Source: Octopus vulgaris (Eukaryota). From it: a DNA stretch of 64,000 nucleotides. The translations under genes were made by a program, and so were the position numbers. Positions 1 to 12,930 of the stretch are shown here, piece by piece (positions within the stretch are counted from its first letter, which is position 1; every line of letters starts with the position of its first letter). The notes below the pieces were generated by a model that was given only the letters and a program-made list of their open reading frames with translations, had not been told where the DNA came from and made no database searches. The stretch covers positions 23,498,001 to 23,562,000 of the forward strand of contig OX597826.1 of the NCBI GenBank assembly GCA_951406725.2. The letters are read 5' to 3'.

Positions 1-163
1 GTGTGTATGTGTCGAGTTTGGGTGTGTGGCAAATAACTGTGCTTTACTTAGTGTATGTGTGCGTGTGTGCTTGTATGTGCGTAAGTGTGTATACATGTAT
101 GTATAATTGTGTGCGTGTATGTATAATTGTGTGCCGTGTGTATGGGATGTATGTGTGGGTTCA

Positions 164-198
<35 letters not shown>

Positions 199-515
199 GC
201 GTGCGTGTCGTATGTGCGTGTAGTTGTGTGTGCGTGTACGTGTGCGTTTGTATGTGTGTGTGTAAGCGTATATGGGTGTATATCTGTGCATTCTTGTGCG
301 TGTGTGTACGTTTGTGTACGTGTGTGTGTGCACGGGCATATGTGTGTGTGTGCGAGGGTGTGTGTGGGTATGTGTATTTGTGTATGTGTGCGTGTGTGTA
401 TGTGTGTGGAAGTATGTGTGCGTATATGTGCATGTATGTTGTATGTGTGTGTGGTGTGTTGGACGTATGTGTGTGTTCGTGGATACGTGAGTATGTGTGT
501 GTATGTGTTTCTGTA
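1..515. repeat. Degenerate (GT)n/(GTAT)n microsatellite mosaic, probably the 3' tail of the adjacent Penelope-like element
   Basis: Continuous TG/TA/CG dinucleotide mosaic directly downstream (minus strand) of the PLE ORF end. Confidence 0.85.
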
Positions 516-573
516 TAAGGACAATAATTTATAAAAACAATAAAATAATAAAAAATCAAAAAACAAAAAATTA

Positions 574-2500
574 TTAAAATAATAGAAAAGACGTAATAGC
601 ACGTAAGGAAAGAAATGAAAAAAAGACAAAGAAAAAAAGAAAATGAGGAAGAAATAAGAAATAAAGTTGCTTCTTGCGGAAGGTGGAGACGTAGTCACTA
701 AGAGGAGGGGGCTGTGTTGAGTCTGTGCGGGGTAATAGTCTGTAAAGTGATAATAAACCGTTGCTCCAAGTGAAGCCTGGATTGTGGAGGTCCGTTGTGT
801 GGGGCGAGACCAAACACCGACATGTCACCGGGGGAATGGCTGGCCGAGCAGAAGTGACGTGCGACGGGAGAATTGGAAGGCAGCCGAGATGTTCGGCAAA
901 CCGGTCGGCCAACCGGCGTCCCGTCTGTCCTACATAAAGTATCCCGCAGAAGTTGCATTTTATGCAATATATGAGACCAGACGAAGTGCACGTAAAAGAA
1001 TGTCTAATACGTACAGTTCGCTGGTTGGAGCCGGTGACAGCAGTGGTGTTGGTGATGAAGGGGCAGGTGTTGCAGCGGGATCTGGAGCACGAGAAGGATC
1101 CATGTGGGGCTGAGGGGGAAGAGGAGAGGGTGCTACGTACCAGGAGATCGCGTAGATTCCGCGCTCGTTTAAAGGAGGACAGGGGTGGTTTGGGGAAATG
1201 GGGCGGGTCGTGGGATTGAGCTGGAGACGACGGAAGGCACGTAGTATGCTCCGACGAAGGGGTAGAGTGGAGGGGTGGAAAAGGAGGGGAAAGGGGGTGC
1301 GGTTGGGGGTTGGTGAGAGGAAGGAGAAAGGGCGGTAGTGCGATCGATGCGACGAGCGCGGGCAAGGGCGTTCAAGACCAGGGTTGGGGGGTATCCTCGA
1401 TGCCTGAACAGGCGGGCCAGGTACTGAGACTGGGTCTCGAAATCCTGGTCGCGGCTGCACAAGCGTCGGAGGCAGAGGAACTGGGAGTAGGGGATGGCCC
1501 GTTTGGTGTGGAAGGGATGGGAGGAGAAGTTGAGATAGAGGTGGGAATCTGTGGGTTTGAAGAAGGCGGAAGTGGTGAGAGAGTGGGAGGGGTGGTCGAT
1601 GCTAAGAGAGATGTCAAGGAAGTTAGCAGAGGTATTTGAGATGGTGGAAGTGAATTGGAGAGAGGGGTGGAAGTTAGAGAGGAAAGAGATGAAATGGCAG
1701 AGTTGTTTGCGGGAGAGGGAGGTGGCGCCTATGCAGTCGTCTATGTAGCGACCGTATAGCTCTGGGGTCGGCCCGGAGAATTGGGAGAATACTTGGGCCT
1801 CAATGTAGCCAACAAAGAGATTGGCGAAATTGGGGCCCATTCTCGTTCCTATCGCGACCCAAGACAGCTGTTGGTACGTTTCCCCGGCGAACGTGAAGCA
1901 GTTGAGGGTGAGGACGAGCTCTGCCAGGCGGAGAAGGGTGGGAGTGCTGGGGGTGGGGTCGGGGCGACGGTCGGGGAAGTATGGGAGGGCTAAGAGACCG
2001 TCGTTGTGGGGAATTACAGTGTAAAGGGATTTGATGTCTAAGGTGAAGAGGAGGTGTGAGGGGCTAGGAGGAAAGGAAAAGGAATTGAAGAGACGGAGGG
2101 CGTGGTTAGTGTCATGTATGTGGGATGGGAGGGCAGCGACTAAGGGGGACAGGATGCGGTCGAGGTATAGGGAAATATGTTCGGTGGGACAATTACAGGC
2201 GGAAATGATGGGGCGGCCAGGGTTATTGGGTTTATGAATTTTGGGAAGGAAATAGATGGTGGAGGTTCGGGGTGTACGGACGATGAGGTTGGTGGAGGCG
2301 GGGGGGGGGGGGCAGAAGAGGAGATGAGGTCGTGGATGGTGGAGGACACTCGCTGTTGGTAGGAAGAGGTGGGATCGGAAGGGAGGAGGCGATAGAAGAG
2401 GGGATTTTGAAGCTGGCTGAGCGCTTCCTCCCTGTATAGGTCCGCGCGCCACTGCTCCGCCTTTGTCTGCCGGTTTGATGACGATGTCATTGCGGCGACA
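574..2500 (-). mobile_element. Penelope-like retroelement (RT + GIY-YIG endonuclease), 5'-truncated and frameshifted
   Basis: RT motifs [54 protein letters not shown]-terminal CSRSRCNTC and IYCIKCNFCGILYVGQTGRRLADRFAEH (GIY-YIG). The 5' end abuts a (TA)n run at 2501. Confidence 0.95.
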
Positions 2501-2600
2501 GATATATATATATATATATAATGTATATATATACATATATATGTATATATACATACATATATATATATATATACATACATATATATATATATACATATAT

Positions 2601-2717
<117 letters not shown>

Positions 2718-2739
2718 CATATATACATTTCTTTAAAAA

Positions 2740-3116
2740 TTTGTTTCAGTCAATTGACTGCAGCCATGCTGGAGCACCACCTTTAGTCGAGCAAATTGAC
2801 CCCAGGACTTATTTTTTGCTTTGTAAGCCTCATAATTATTCAATCAGTGTCTTTTGCCAAACTACTAAGTTATGGGGACGTAAACACACCAGCATCGGTT
2901 GTCAAGCAATGTTGGGGGGGGGGACAAACACATGCACAAAAACACACACACACATATATGTAAATGTACAACAGGCTTCTTTCAGTTTCCATCAATCAAA
3001 TCCACTCACAAGGCTATACACGTAGAAGACACTTTCCCAAGGTGCCACACAGTGGGACTGAATCCAGAACCATGTGGCTAGTAAGTAAGCTACTTACCAC
3101 ACAGCCACTCCTGCAC
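2740..3116 (-). mobile_element. tRNA-derived SINE, family A (octopus-type)
   Basis: Matches the other copies (20473, 55301, 57090). Minus strand reads head GGAGTGGCTGTGTGGTAAGTAGCTT..GGTTC..TCAGTCCC and tail GGTGCTCCAGCATGGCTGCAGTCAATTGACTGAAAC. Confidence 0.85.
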
Positions 3117-3218
3117 CTGAACCTAATGGCAGACGAAATACCACTAAGCATTTCGCCCGGTGTGTTTATGATTCTACTAGCTCATCACCTCGGATTCTGC
3201 CAGCTCACTGCCTATGTA

Positions 3219-4425
3219 CAGGAGTTGGACAAAATAATGGTAACACCTTAAAATTTCAAGCAAATTTATTTTGATATGGGGTAGGACTGCTTTTAGCAGT
3301 AATTACTGCTTGAATCTATGAGGTATGGACTAGTACAAAGTTTGAATTGTTTCCAAAAGAATTTTTGTCCATTCTTCAGCTAAAACAGTCTCCAGTTCTT
3401 GTAGTAATGATGTTGGAGGATGTTGACTCCTTACTTGTTTTTCTAAAATGTACCATAAATGTTCAATAATATCGAGATCTGGGGACTGGTGGTCAGATAA
3501 GATGTTCAACTTCAGTAGAATGTTTCTCGTGCCATTCAGTAGGAACATTAGCTGTATGAATTGGTGCATTATCATCCTATAAGATTGCGTTTACCTCCAG
3601 AAACAGTTCTGCAACCATAGGATGAATTTGATCAGATAAAATGCTTACATAGTCTTCACTATTAATTCTGCCATGAAGGGAAACCATTGGGCCGGCAGAT
3701 TTCCAAGATATAGTCCCCTCCTCCCCGATTCTTCACAGATCCTCCTCTATGTTTAATAGTGGGAAGAAGACAGTCTGGGTCAAATGCTTCTTTTGGCTGT
3801 CTCCACATGTATACTCGGCCAGTGGTCGGAAATAAGGTAACGGATGACTCGTCTGAGAAAATAACATTCTTCCACTGCTCTAGGGACCAATTCTGAAGGT
3901 TTTTACTCCACTCTAAATGCTTTGCAACATTTGTTTTTGAAAGTAGTGAAATCCAGCTTGCGCAGCTCCCAGCGTTCTTGAGGTGGTCATTAAGCTCTGC
4001 AGTAATTTTGTGATCCTTTCTCACAATTCGCGTAAGAGTCTGATGGTCCCTATCTGAAAGTTTTGGTTTTCTTTTGGAGTTTTGTTACGACGAAGAGGTT
4101 TTTCCCTTTTTCTCAAAGGCTGTCATTACTTTCAAGGCAGTACTTCTTGATACACCAAAATATTTCGTCTGTCTTCGTTACGCTAACGCCTGCCATACGA
4201 GCACCAACAATTTGACCTCTTTGAAAGTCCGATAGATCTGTCATATTAATGAATTTCAATTACATCTTTCTGATGATATCTGAAAATAAACAGCAATTTT
4301 AGCAAAGCATATTAAGCAACACTAATGATAAAAAAAACAACATAAAAATAAACAAGCTTTTAACGGTTTTATAGATATTTCAAAATTATGATGCTAGGTG
4401 TTTCCATTATTTTGTCCAACCCCTG
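3219..4425 (-). mobile_element. Tc1-family DNA transposon with decayed transposase
   Basis: 30-bp TIRs (CAGGAGTTGGACAAAATAATGGTAACACCT at 3219-3248 and its complement at 4396-4425) with flanking TA. Transposase fragments MTDLSDFQRGQIVGAR, WKNVIFSDES, SPDLDIIEHLW. Confidence 0.93.
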
Positions 4426-4714
4426 TATATACATACGTACACACACACACACACACACATGGTATGTTCTGTTAAGGACGTAATAGAGTACAGTATAAAG
4501 CACGTCCACCTTCAGATGATTTACACTGTGCTATCCAGTAATAGTATCTCTTATTATAATTATACATACTTCCAGGTTTGTGCTTGGGCATCTGTTGTGT
4601 GTGAATAGATAACTGAAAAAATTGGAGTCAACAAGAAGGGATACAGTTGGACATTTATTCTTTAATCACTACAATTGTTTGCATTCAATGTAGTTCTCCG
4701 GGCATGTAGGTACT

Positions 4715-4942
4715 TGTCAAGCGATGTTAAGGGAGGGGGGGGACAAACACACACACACACATATATATATACATATATACGACGGGATTCTTTCAGTTTC
4801 CGTCTACCAAATCCACTCACAAGGCTTTGGTCGGCCCGAGGCTATAGTTGAAGACACTTGCCCAAAATGCCACGCAGTGGGACTGAACCCGGAACCCTGT
4901 AGTTCGTAAGCAAGCTACTTGCCACACAGCCACTCCTACGCC
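4715..4942 (-). mobile_element. SINE family A, partial
   Basis: Shared CAGTTTCCGTCTACCAAATCCACTCACAAGGC..GGGACTGAACCCGGAACC segment. Confidence 0.8.
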
Positions 4943-5766
4943 TAATAATATTTCATTTTTAAAATATCATAGGATTTTTTTTTAAACATCGAATGGCTAT
5001 GAGGGTCCACCTGAGTAAAATAGAAATCATAGGCAAAAAAAAAAAAAAAAAGATGGTTGAAAAACACTGTTTTAAACGGTACGGGAGTGATTCAAGAGAA
5101 ATTTTGCTGCTATTTTTAGCACGTTCAGTGACCTCGCATGAGCTTCTTCATTTGATCTGAAACAAAACGCCTGCTGGAGAGGCAAGTCACAAGTATTATG
5201 TCAGATTAACTTTCTCCCAGAAGGGTTAAAGAATGCTTCTATTAACCGCGAGCGATACACACGCACACGCGCGCCCACACAGGAATAAACACGTACCAAC
5301 TGTTCACAATGCGGAATAATAAATTAGTCTGCCACGAGGAATTCCACTCAGTAAACTGTTTGCATTTTGTTTACCTCAACGAATACTAACACCTTTTTTT
5401 TACTTGTTTATTTTACTTTATTTAGTTTTCTTCATTTCTACTGTTTCGTTTCGATATTACACACAAACGTTAAGTTCGTACAAACATATATACACATACA
5501 GACATGTATGCATGCATGCATGCATACGCATATACACACGCTCTATTGTATTGAAGCCGAACCCAAGAACTTAACAAACTGTCACTCATTGCTTCACGTA
5601 ACCGTATACCAGACATTGATGAGAAATCAGAGTCATACAATAATTTGTAAATTATGAGTATTTATATATATATTTTATAAGCTTATAGCTTATAAGCGAT
5701 TATCATGCATTGACTGAGGTAAATAGCTTAATATTGGAGCATATAAGCCCTCGACGGAAAAACAGG

Positions 5767-5802
5767 TGTTTTACGTTTCGAACAAAGCTCTTCTTCAGAA
5801 CA
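5767..5802 (-). ncRNA. Minimal type I hammerhead ribozyme motif in a solo PLE terminal-repeat fragment
   Basis: Minus strand: TGTT CTGAAGA A GAGC-TTT-GTTC GAAA CG TA A AACA. Confidence 0.6.
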
Positions 5803-5964
5803 GGAGAAGAGGAAAAGGAAGATGAAGGGAAAAAATCACCAACAATCTACTTGTAGTTACATTTTGGAATACACACACACATGCATACACACGCATGCAC
5901 ACACACACACACACACACACATACACACACACACACATACACACATGCATATATATATATATGA

Positions 5965-8529
5965 TTTTGATTTTGATTTTTCCAGTTTCAGCTCATGAGC
6001 TGTGGCCATGCTGGGGCACCGCCATTTGGTTTGCTACATGATTTTACCTCACGAATGCTTTTAAGCAACTGCCATTTGGTGCATGAGAGAGTTCGATGCA
6101 GCTGCCCTCATCTGCACCTCCTGCCGTGAAGTTGGTTCATCCGGGACACCTGACAGGAAGAGATCCAGTCCTACTTTAAAGACATCCGCATCTACACCAT
6201 GCAGGTCCCTCAGGTTCTTCGGGAGGATATTGAAGAGCTGTGGGCCTCTGAAGCCCAGGCTATCACAGTATCTTGTCCTACATCTTGATGGCAAATTTGG
6301 AGTCCTTGGTACCACGCAGTGGCGCCCGGTTCTGGCATTTGTGTGACTCTCGATGCCAAAGTTTGGGACAAGTCCCTCCAGGATCTTCCAGATATATATT
6401 ATGGCATATCTTTCTCGCCTTCGCTCCAAGGAATAGAGTTTTAATCTCTTGAGTCTTTCCCAGTAGCTTATATGCTGCACATAGGCTATCTTCTTCGTGT
6501 AGCTTCGTTGGATCGCCTCAAGTTCTGTGATCAACTTGACACTGGATGGTGATCATAGCTGAGAGCAATAGTCAAAGTGGCTTAGGACAAGTGTCTTCCA
6601 GAGGACCATCATGGTTTCTTGTTCTCTTGTTCTAAGGGTTCTAAGAATCCATCCGGCCAGCCGTCTACATTTCATTGCCAGTTTAGCAACATGTACATGA
6701 AAGGTTGCGTCATCACTCATGTGAATACCCAGGTCACGCACTGATTGTGCCTCTGGGATTGCAATCCCTCCGGGTCCAGTGTATTCATTGGGTATTGCAT
6801 TCAGTTTTGCATGCTGATAGCATAAAGCTTGAAACTTTTCAGCATTGAACTGCATGCTATTCTTTTCAGCCCACTTGTATATTTTGTCCAGCTCACATTG
6901 CAGGTACTTAGTGTCTTCAGGGTTCTGTATTGCCTGTGAAACTTTTGTATCATCTGCATAACTTGTGATCGTGGCTCTCTGCGTGGCTGAGGGCATGTCT
7001 GAGAGGGCCATTATGAACAGTAGTGGTCCCAAAACAGTGCCCTGCGGAACACCGCTCACTATTTGCGTGTTAATGGAAGTGGCCCCATTGGCTACTACCA
7101 CCAGACTTCTATCCTTCAGAAAGTCATGAAGCCATTCTCCCAATTTTCCAACTATGCCAAGATCACGCAGTTTGTGACATATCATTCCATGATCGACTTT
7201 ATCAAAGGCCTTTGCAAAGTCGAGATATATGACTTCCACATTTGAGTGGTTGAGCAGTCGTTTCAGCACCCAGTCATAGTGTTGTAGGAGCTGAGTTAAG
7301 CAGCTTCTTCCTGGTCGGAAACCATGTTGGGTGTCAGGCAGCAAGTCATTTTCTTCAAGGAAGGTGATTAGTTTCCTTCTAACTATTCGTTCCATGACCT
7401 TGCTGATGTGTGAGGTCAGAGAGATAGGTCTGTAGTTCTTGGCCTCCGCTCTGCTACCTCCTTTATGAATAGGGCATATTTTACCTTCCTTCAGTTTTCT
7501 TGGAAGTTTGCCAGTTGCAAGGAAGCTCTGAAAGAGAGACTGCAGTGGTCTTGCTAGGACTCTCTTACATACTTTTAGAAGGATTGCCGGGAATCCATCG
7601 GGGCCAGTAGCTGAGTTTGTTTTCATCTCATCTATAGCCTTTATTACATCGTCTTCCTTTATATTGATGTAATCAATCATCGCCGCCTCTTACCCCATAT
7701 CTGCAGTGGTGAAGAAGTCAGTTGGATTGCTGATTTGGAAATGCCCAAGGGGTGGGGTGAAAACACTCTCGAATTACTCATTTAGTATTTCACTTACCTT
7801 CATTGGATTTCCTGTGAGTGTGCCATCCCTTTCAAGGAGTGGCCCTATCCTACAGTGCACCGTAGCTGTTTCTTTGGCATACCTGTAGAAATCTCTGGGG
7901 TTAGATTTTATGTTGTCTATAGCCCAGGCTTCTTTGCCTGCTCTTTCCTTTTCATGGGAGAGTTGCAGACATTTTTCAATTTCCAACAGTTTCATTTTCA
8001 GGCGGGACTTTTCACTGCTTTCAATTTGTTTGTTTAGGCGATTTGAGATTTTTGTACGCCGTCTCATTAGAATTTTCCTCTCTCTGGGGATTTTGTTCTT
8101 GTGTACAGTGGCCTTTCTCTCTGGGACACATTTGTAGCATATGGCTTGCATTACAGACATGAATTGTTGAAGTTTCATGTCGATGTCTGGCGAGGAGAGA
8201 CATTCAGGCCAGTTTTGTTTGAGGATCTCTTTCTCAATTTGTTTCCAGTTTGCCTTATTGAAGTTCAAGCTGGAAAGATTCTGAGAGTTTCTTGTAGGCT
8301 GCATGTTCATGCTTTCCTTTGGCCCGTACATGGTCAGCTTTACCATGTTGTGATCCGAGAGTAGTGTCGGTGTCACTTTCACATTATGGATGAGATCCAT
8401 ATTATTTGTGAAGCAGAGATCCAGTGTGTTACCTGCCCTGGTTGGTTGGAATATTACTTGCTCCATGTACAGGGTGTTGATGAGGTTCAGGAGGGACCTC
8501 GCCTGTCCTCGTTCACATCGTGTCATTCC
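5965..8529 (-). mobile_element. CR1-group LINE (APE C-terminus + RT), 5'-truncated, disrupted
   Basis: QPTRAGNTLDLCFTN (APE end), NYRPISLTSHISKVMERIV, QHGFRPGRSC, LDFAKAFDKV, GVPQGTVLGP, YADD. 3' tail is (AAAATC)n on the minus strand. Confidence 0.92.
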
Positions 8530-8555
8530 ATATATATATATATATATATATATAT

Positions 8556-8756
8556 GGTGAGAATTTACAAAAAAAAAAAACAAAAAACAAAAGACGAAGA
8601 CGGGTGTGTAAACAACAAATAGATGTATTAGTCTAACACTCGGGAAGTGAGAAAGTCTTTTACGTTTCGAGCCTACGCTCTTCGACAGAAAGGAACATAG
8701 AAATAAACAGGAAAAAAACATAAATAAGGTTTAGTGGCCCAGCGTTCTATCATAGC

Positions 8757-8757
<1 letters not shown>
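8556..8757 (-). mobile_element. Solo PLE terminal-repeat fragment with hammerhead variant (8657-8692), inserted in (TA)n
   Basis: Homologous to the PLE end at 59590-59760 and to 45260-45430. Minus: CTTT CTGTCGA A GAGC-GTAG-GCTC GAAA CG TA AAAG. TA runs on both sides. Confidence 0.75.
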
Positions 8758-8804
<47 letters not shown>

Positions 8805-9042
8805 CATATAAAATTTAAATTTTGTATGTAAAAATATTTTAATCTTCGGATTTCTTTAATATGCTAGTCCGCTGGTTTTAATTGATTAATATCAATTTCT
8901 ACCCTTATTCAATTTTATATTATAATATATATATATATATATATCATAGTATATTATATTATATATATATATATATATTTATATATAATATAATTAAATT
9001 TTATTTTAATCTTCTTTTTATATATGTTTTTGATTAATATTT

Positions 9043-9101
<59 letters not shown>

Positions 9102-9215
9102 TATATATGTATATATACATATATTCATATATATACATACATACATATATGCACATATATATACATATATTCATATAAATACATACATTCATGCATATAT
9201 ATATATATTCATATA

Positions 9216-9254
<39 letters not shown>

Positions 9255-9261
<7 letters not shown>

Positions 9262-9439
9262 TTCGAGACAAAACCACTATTTTGCAAATCAAACAAGGAA
9301 AGACTTCATCAATACATAAAAAATTTTAATATAAAGTAAATAAATAAATATTTATTTACTTTATATTAAAATTTTTTATGTATTGATTAAGTCTTTCCTT
9401 GTTTGATTTGCAAATAGTGGTTTTGTCTCGAATTAATAT
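9255..9439. repeat. Near-perfect ~185-bp palindrome
   Basis: ATTAATTCGAGACAAAACCACTATT..GTAAATAAA / TTTATTTAC..AATAGTGGTTTTGTCTCGAATTAAT with a spacer of ~6 nt. Confidence 0.9.
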
Positions 9440-9730
9440 TATATAATATTTTACTATAAAATTGGATTTAATCCTAAATCTGATTTTTTTTCCCTGTAAT
9501 TTTGGATTTATTCCCTAATATTTATTATTATTATATATATATATATATATATATACATACATACATATATACATACATACTTACATATATGCATAATTTA
9601 TTTGATGAAATTTATTGAACTTTGTTTATTAAATTAAGTCTGATATTAATTATATATATATATATATATATATATTGTGTGTGTGTGTGTATGTATGTAT
9701 GTATATACACATACATATACTTACATATAT

Positions 9731-9769
<39 letters not shown>

Positions 9770-9772
9770 TAT

Positions 9773-9872
<100 letters not shown>

Positions 9873-10051
9873 ACAAAATAAGGGCAAAAGAAAAATTCTA
9901 ATGCCAAATATGCCGAAAAAAAGACAAAAATTGTCAATAACCATTATAATTTATGCGTCTCGTAATTTATTTATAAATTTAACCTTTAAAGGTATTTTTT
10001 GATATGCTGGCCATTGATAAAAGTTTTTCAGGAAAAATTTTTTATCCTACA

Positions 10052-10409
10052 CTAGCAGTATCGCCCGGCGTTGCTCGGGTTTGTTTCGACCCGCTGGAAT
10101 TGTAATTTTGAAAAGTAAAAATTTTGTGAACATTTTTCTGGTCGAAATACACCGAAAAGTGGCGACACAGCAGTGAAAAAATCGTAAAAAATCGGGATTT
10201 TCATAGAAAAAAGCAGCTTTTTGATATAAATAATTTTTGGTGTTAACATAGTCCGATTTGAATTTTATGTTCTACGGAAGGAAGAGCAACCCTTCTTCTA
10301 TCATACTCTCAATTTTGGTCAACTTGCGCCGCAGGGTCTCGGAGGAGATAGTGTTAGTTGAAGGTTACAAAACGTGGCGCACACAGACAACTTCAGCTTT
10401 ATATAGAGA
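10052..10409 (-). mobile_element. Non-autonomous Helitron
   Basis: Minus strand begins A|TC(TCTATATAAAG) and ends with hairpin CCCGAGCAACGCCGGG, then CGATACTG CTAG|T. Same 3' end as 42042-42528. Confidence 0.8.
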
Positions 10410-10515
10410 TAACACACACACATTAATACACATACATAGACACACACACACATGTATGTATGGATGTATATATGTACATCTGTCCACTTCTTGCAATATT
10501 TTTATCCTTCACTTC

Positions 10516-10559
<44 letters not shown>

Positions 10560-11374
10560 ACCTTATTAGCTTACAATTTCTTTCTGTCAACAATTGACAA
10601 CAGAAGTACGCTCGCCAATTAATACTACCAAAATTTAACGACAGAAAGTAAATTAAAAACCAATTTACCTTTTCTGTATTGTTATGGCAATTCGACCGTC
10701 GGTGTGTTTTTGCAAATGTGTTCGAATGAGAAGTGAGTTGTGTTTGGCGCCTTTTTTACTAATAACAAACACACACGTGTTTGTATGTAGTTGTTTGAAA
10801 CGTTTGTGTTTGTCACTGTCATATATGTATGTGTATGCGTGAGTGTGAGGAATGGCAAACCAGATAGATAGCGCGTGAAGTTCTTTTGAAGTTCGTGCTC
10901 CGCTTGTGTGTGTGTGCGTGCTTTAGGTGTACGTAGGTATGCGTTTTTGTGTGTGTGTCACTGAAGCCATACATACATATATACATACATGACCTCTCTC
11001 TCTCTTTTCTCTCTCAGTCACTCACTACAAAAAGTGAATAAAAAAAGTTCAGTTATCTCTGTCTTTCACACATACACACACAGCACAACATTACTCTCTC
11101 TGTCTCTTTACACACACTAACAAAAGCACTTCACTTACACACCACACTTTCTGTGTCGCACACCCCATCAAACACACACACACACACACACTCACGCACG
11201 CACACATGTACATCAATGCTTTCGGAGTGAAATGTTAAAATATTGAGTTTTCTCGAATTTTGTCTTAATTGGGGGTGAAATTGAAAGAAATTTTGTATGG
11301 CATGACCGAATGGAAGTACTTTGAAAAATCATAGGTAAACTCTAATTGAAGAAATTGTGTGAGGAGTAAATCGT

Positions 11375-12860
11375 TATGTAGCGGAAGAGTCCGTGGGCTT
11401 GCAACTAGGCACCTGGAGAGGCAAGTCCATGCCATCCAACAGCGTCGTAGGGCGCTGGACAGACGGACCCGTTAAACTGCTCGGGGTCTGGTTCGGTCCG
11501 GACCTCCAGGTGGATAAAAACTGGGAAGAAGTGACGAGCAGGATGACCAATCTCACCTAGAAATGGGCCGAGAGGAAGCTGTCCCTGAAAGGTCGAGCAG
11601 AGGAGACGAATGCGTACATCGTATCCGTCATCTATTACCGCTTGACCGTCGTCCCTTGTCCCGACCGCTGGTTGGCCAAGCTGGTGCGCTTGCTCTTCGA
11701 CTTTTTGTGGAAGGGTCAGGTACTACAGGTCAGGCGATCCATCTGCTGTCAACGACCGCTGAACGGAGGCCTTGGCATGCCGTGGTTACTGATGCGCAGA
11801 CATGCGCTCAGGCTACGGCATCTCAAGCGTTTCCTAGACAGCGAACAGGTGTGGTCGTCTTTTGTCAGACCCGATTTTCCACAGCTCGTCTCTTTGACAG
11901 AGCTGCAGACCTGGATCAAACGTAGACCGAGGAAGGGCGCTTGGCACCTCGAGTGCCGTCAAGCTCTCTCCGCCCTCCGCCAGGCGGGCAATGCGATCGG
12001 TTTTAGTTCCACTCTAGCGTTCTATAGAGGGTTAGTGGAAGAAAAGTGCGACGACGTTCTCGGGGAAACTCTAGGCGTTGACGATAACGAGCTGAGCAGT
12101 CTGTTCGGGAGGACTTTCGGGCCGGGGCCAATGGATAATTTCCAGAGGTCCCTCGCCTGGCAGTGCTACCGAGGGGTTCTGCCTGTTCGAGATAAACTCT
12201 ACCGACACGGAAATGCCGTCAACCGGACCTGCCCGAGGTGCTGCCAGGACGACGAAACCGCTCTGCACGCACTCGTCCAGTGTCCGAGTATTGCTGAACT
12301 ATGGGTTTATGTCGAACAGCTACTGTCGTGTATAGGACGGATCCGGCTATCAGCTGAACCCATAGTGAGGATTGCCCCGCCGACCTCCTTTAACCGGGAG
12401 GGCAAAAAGTTTTCCTTTGCCTAGTGGCTGTAGCGAAAGAGGTTGTATGGTGGACCCGTTTGAAAGGGCTAAGGTCAGACACTTTCCTCTTAGAAAAGGA
12501 AGATGAGCGTAGAGAGGGAAGTGCTGTCCGAAAGCAAGTTTAATGAAAGGTGGATAAATGTCGCAAGAATAGCCAGTATGAAAGGAGCCATTCTGAGGTT
12601 ACACCTGTCATTTAAAAAGGTATTACAAAAGGAGAAAGGGGATCTCTACCCCGCTTTTGACCAGGCTCCTGTTGGCTTTTATGGGTTTTTTCCACCAGGA
12701 ACCTTTCATAACGCCTCCCCCTATTGGGAGTTTTTCGTTGTTAAACTGCTTTTTTTACTCGGATTTTACAAACGGACAAAACCCTTTGTAACCTTTCGTC
12801 CTGTTTTGTCCTTTTATGTGATAATTGATTTTTTTTCAGCCCTTGTGGCCAATAAAAGAA
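11375..12860 (+). mobile_element. Tx1/L1-clade LINE, 3' fragment
   Basis: LSLKGRA..NAYIVSVIYYRL, GGLGMP, zf-RVT-like LPVRDKL..CPRC..ETALHALVQC. 3' UTR ends AATAAAAGAA before (ATT)n. Confidence 0.85.
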
Positions 12861-12863
12861 CTA

Positions 12864-12929
<66 letters not shown>

Positions 12930-12930
<1 letters not shown>

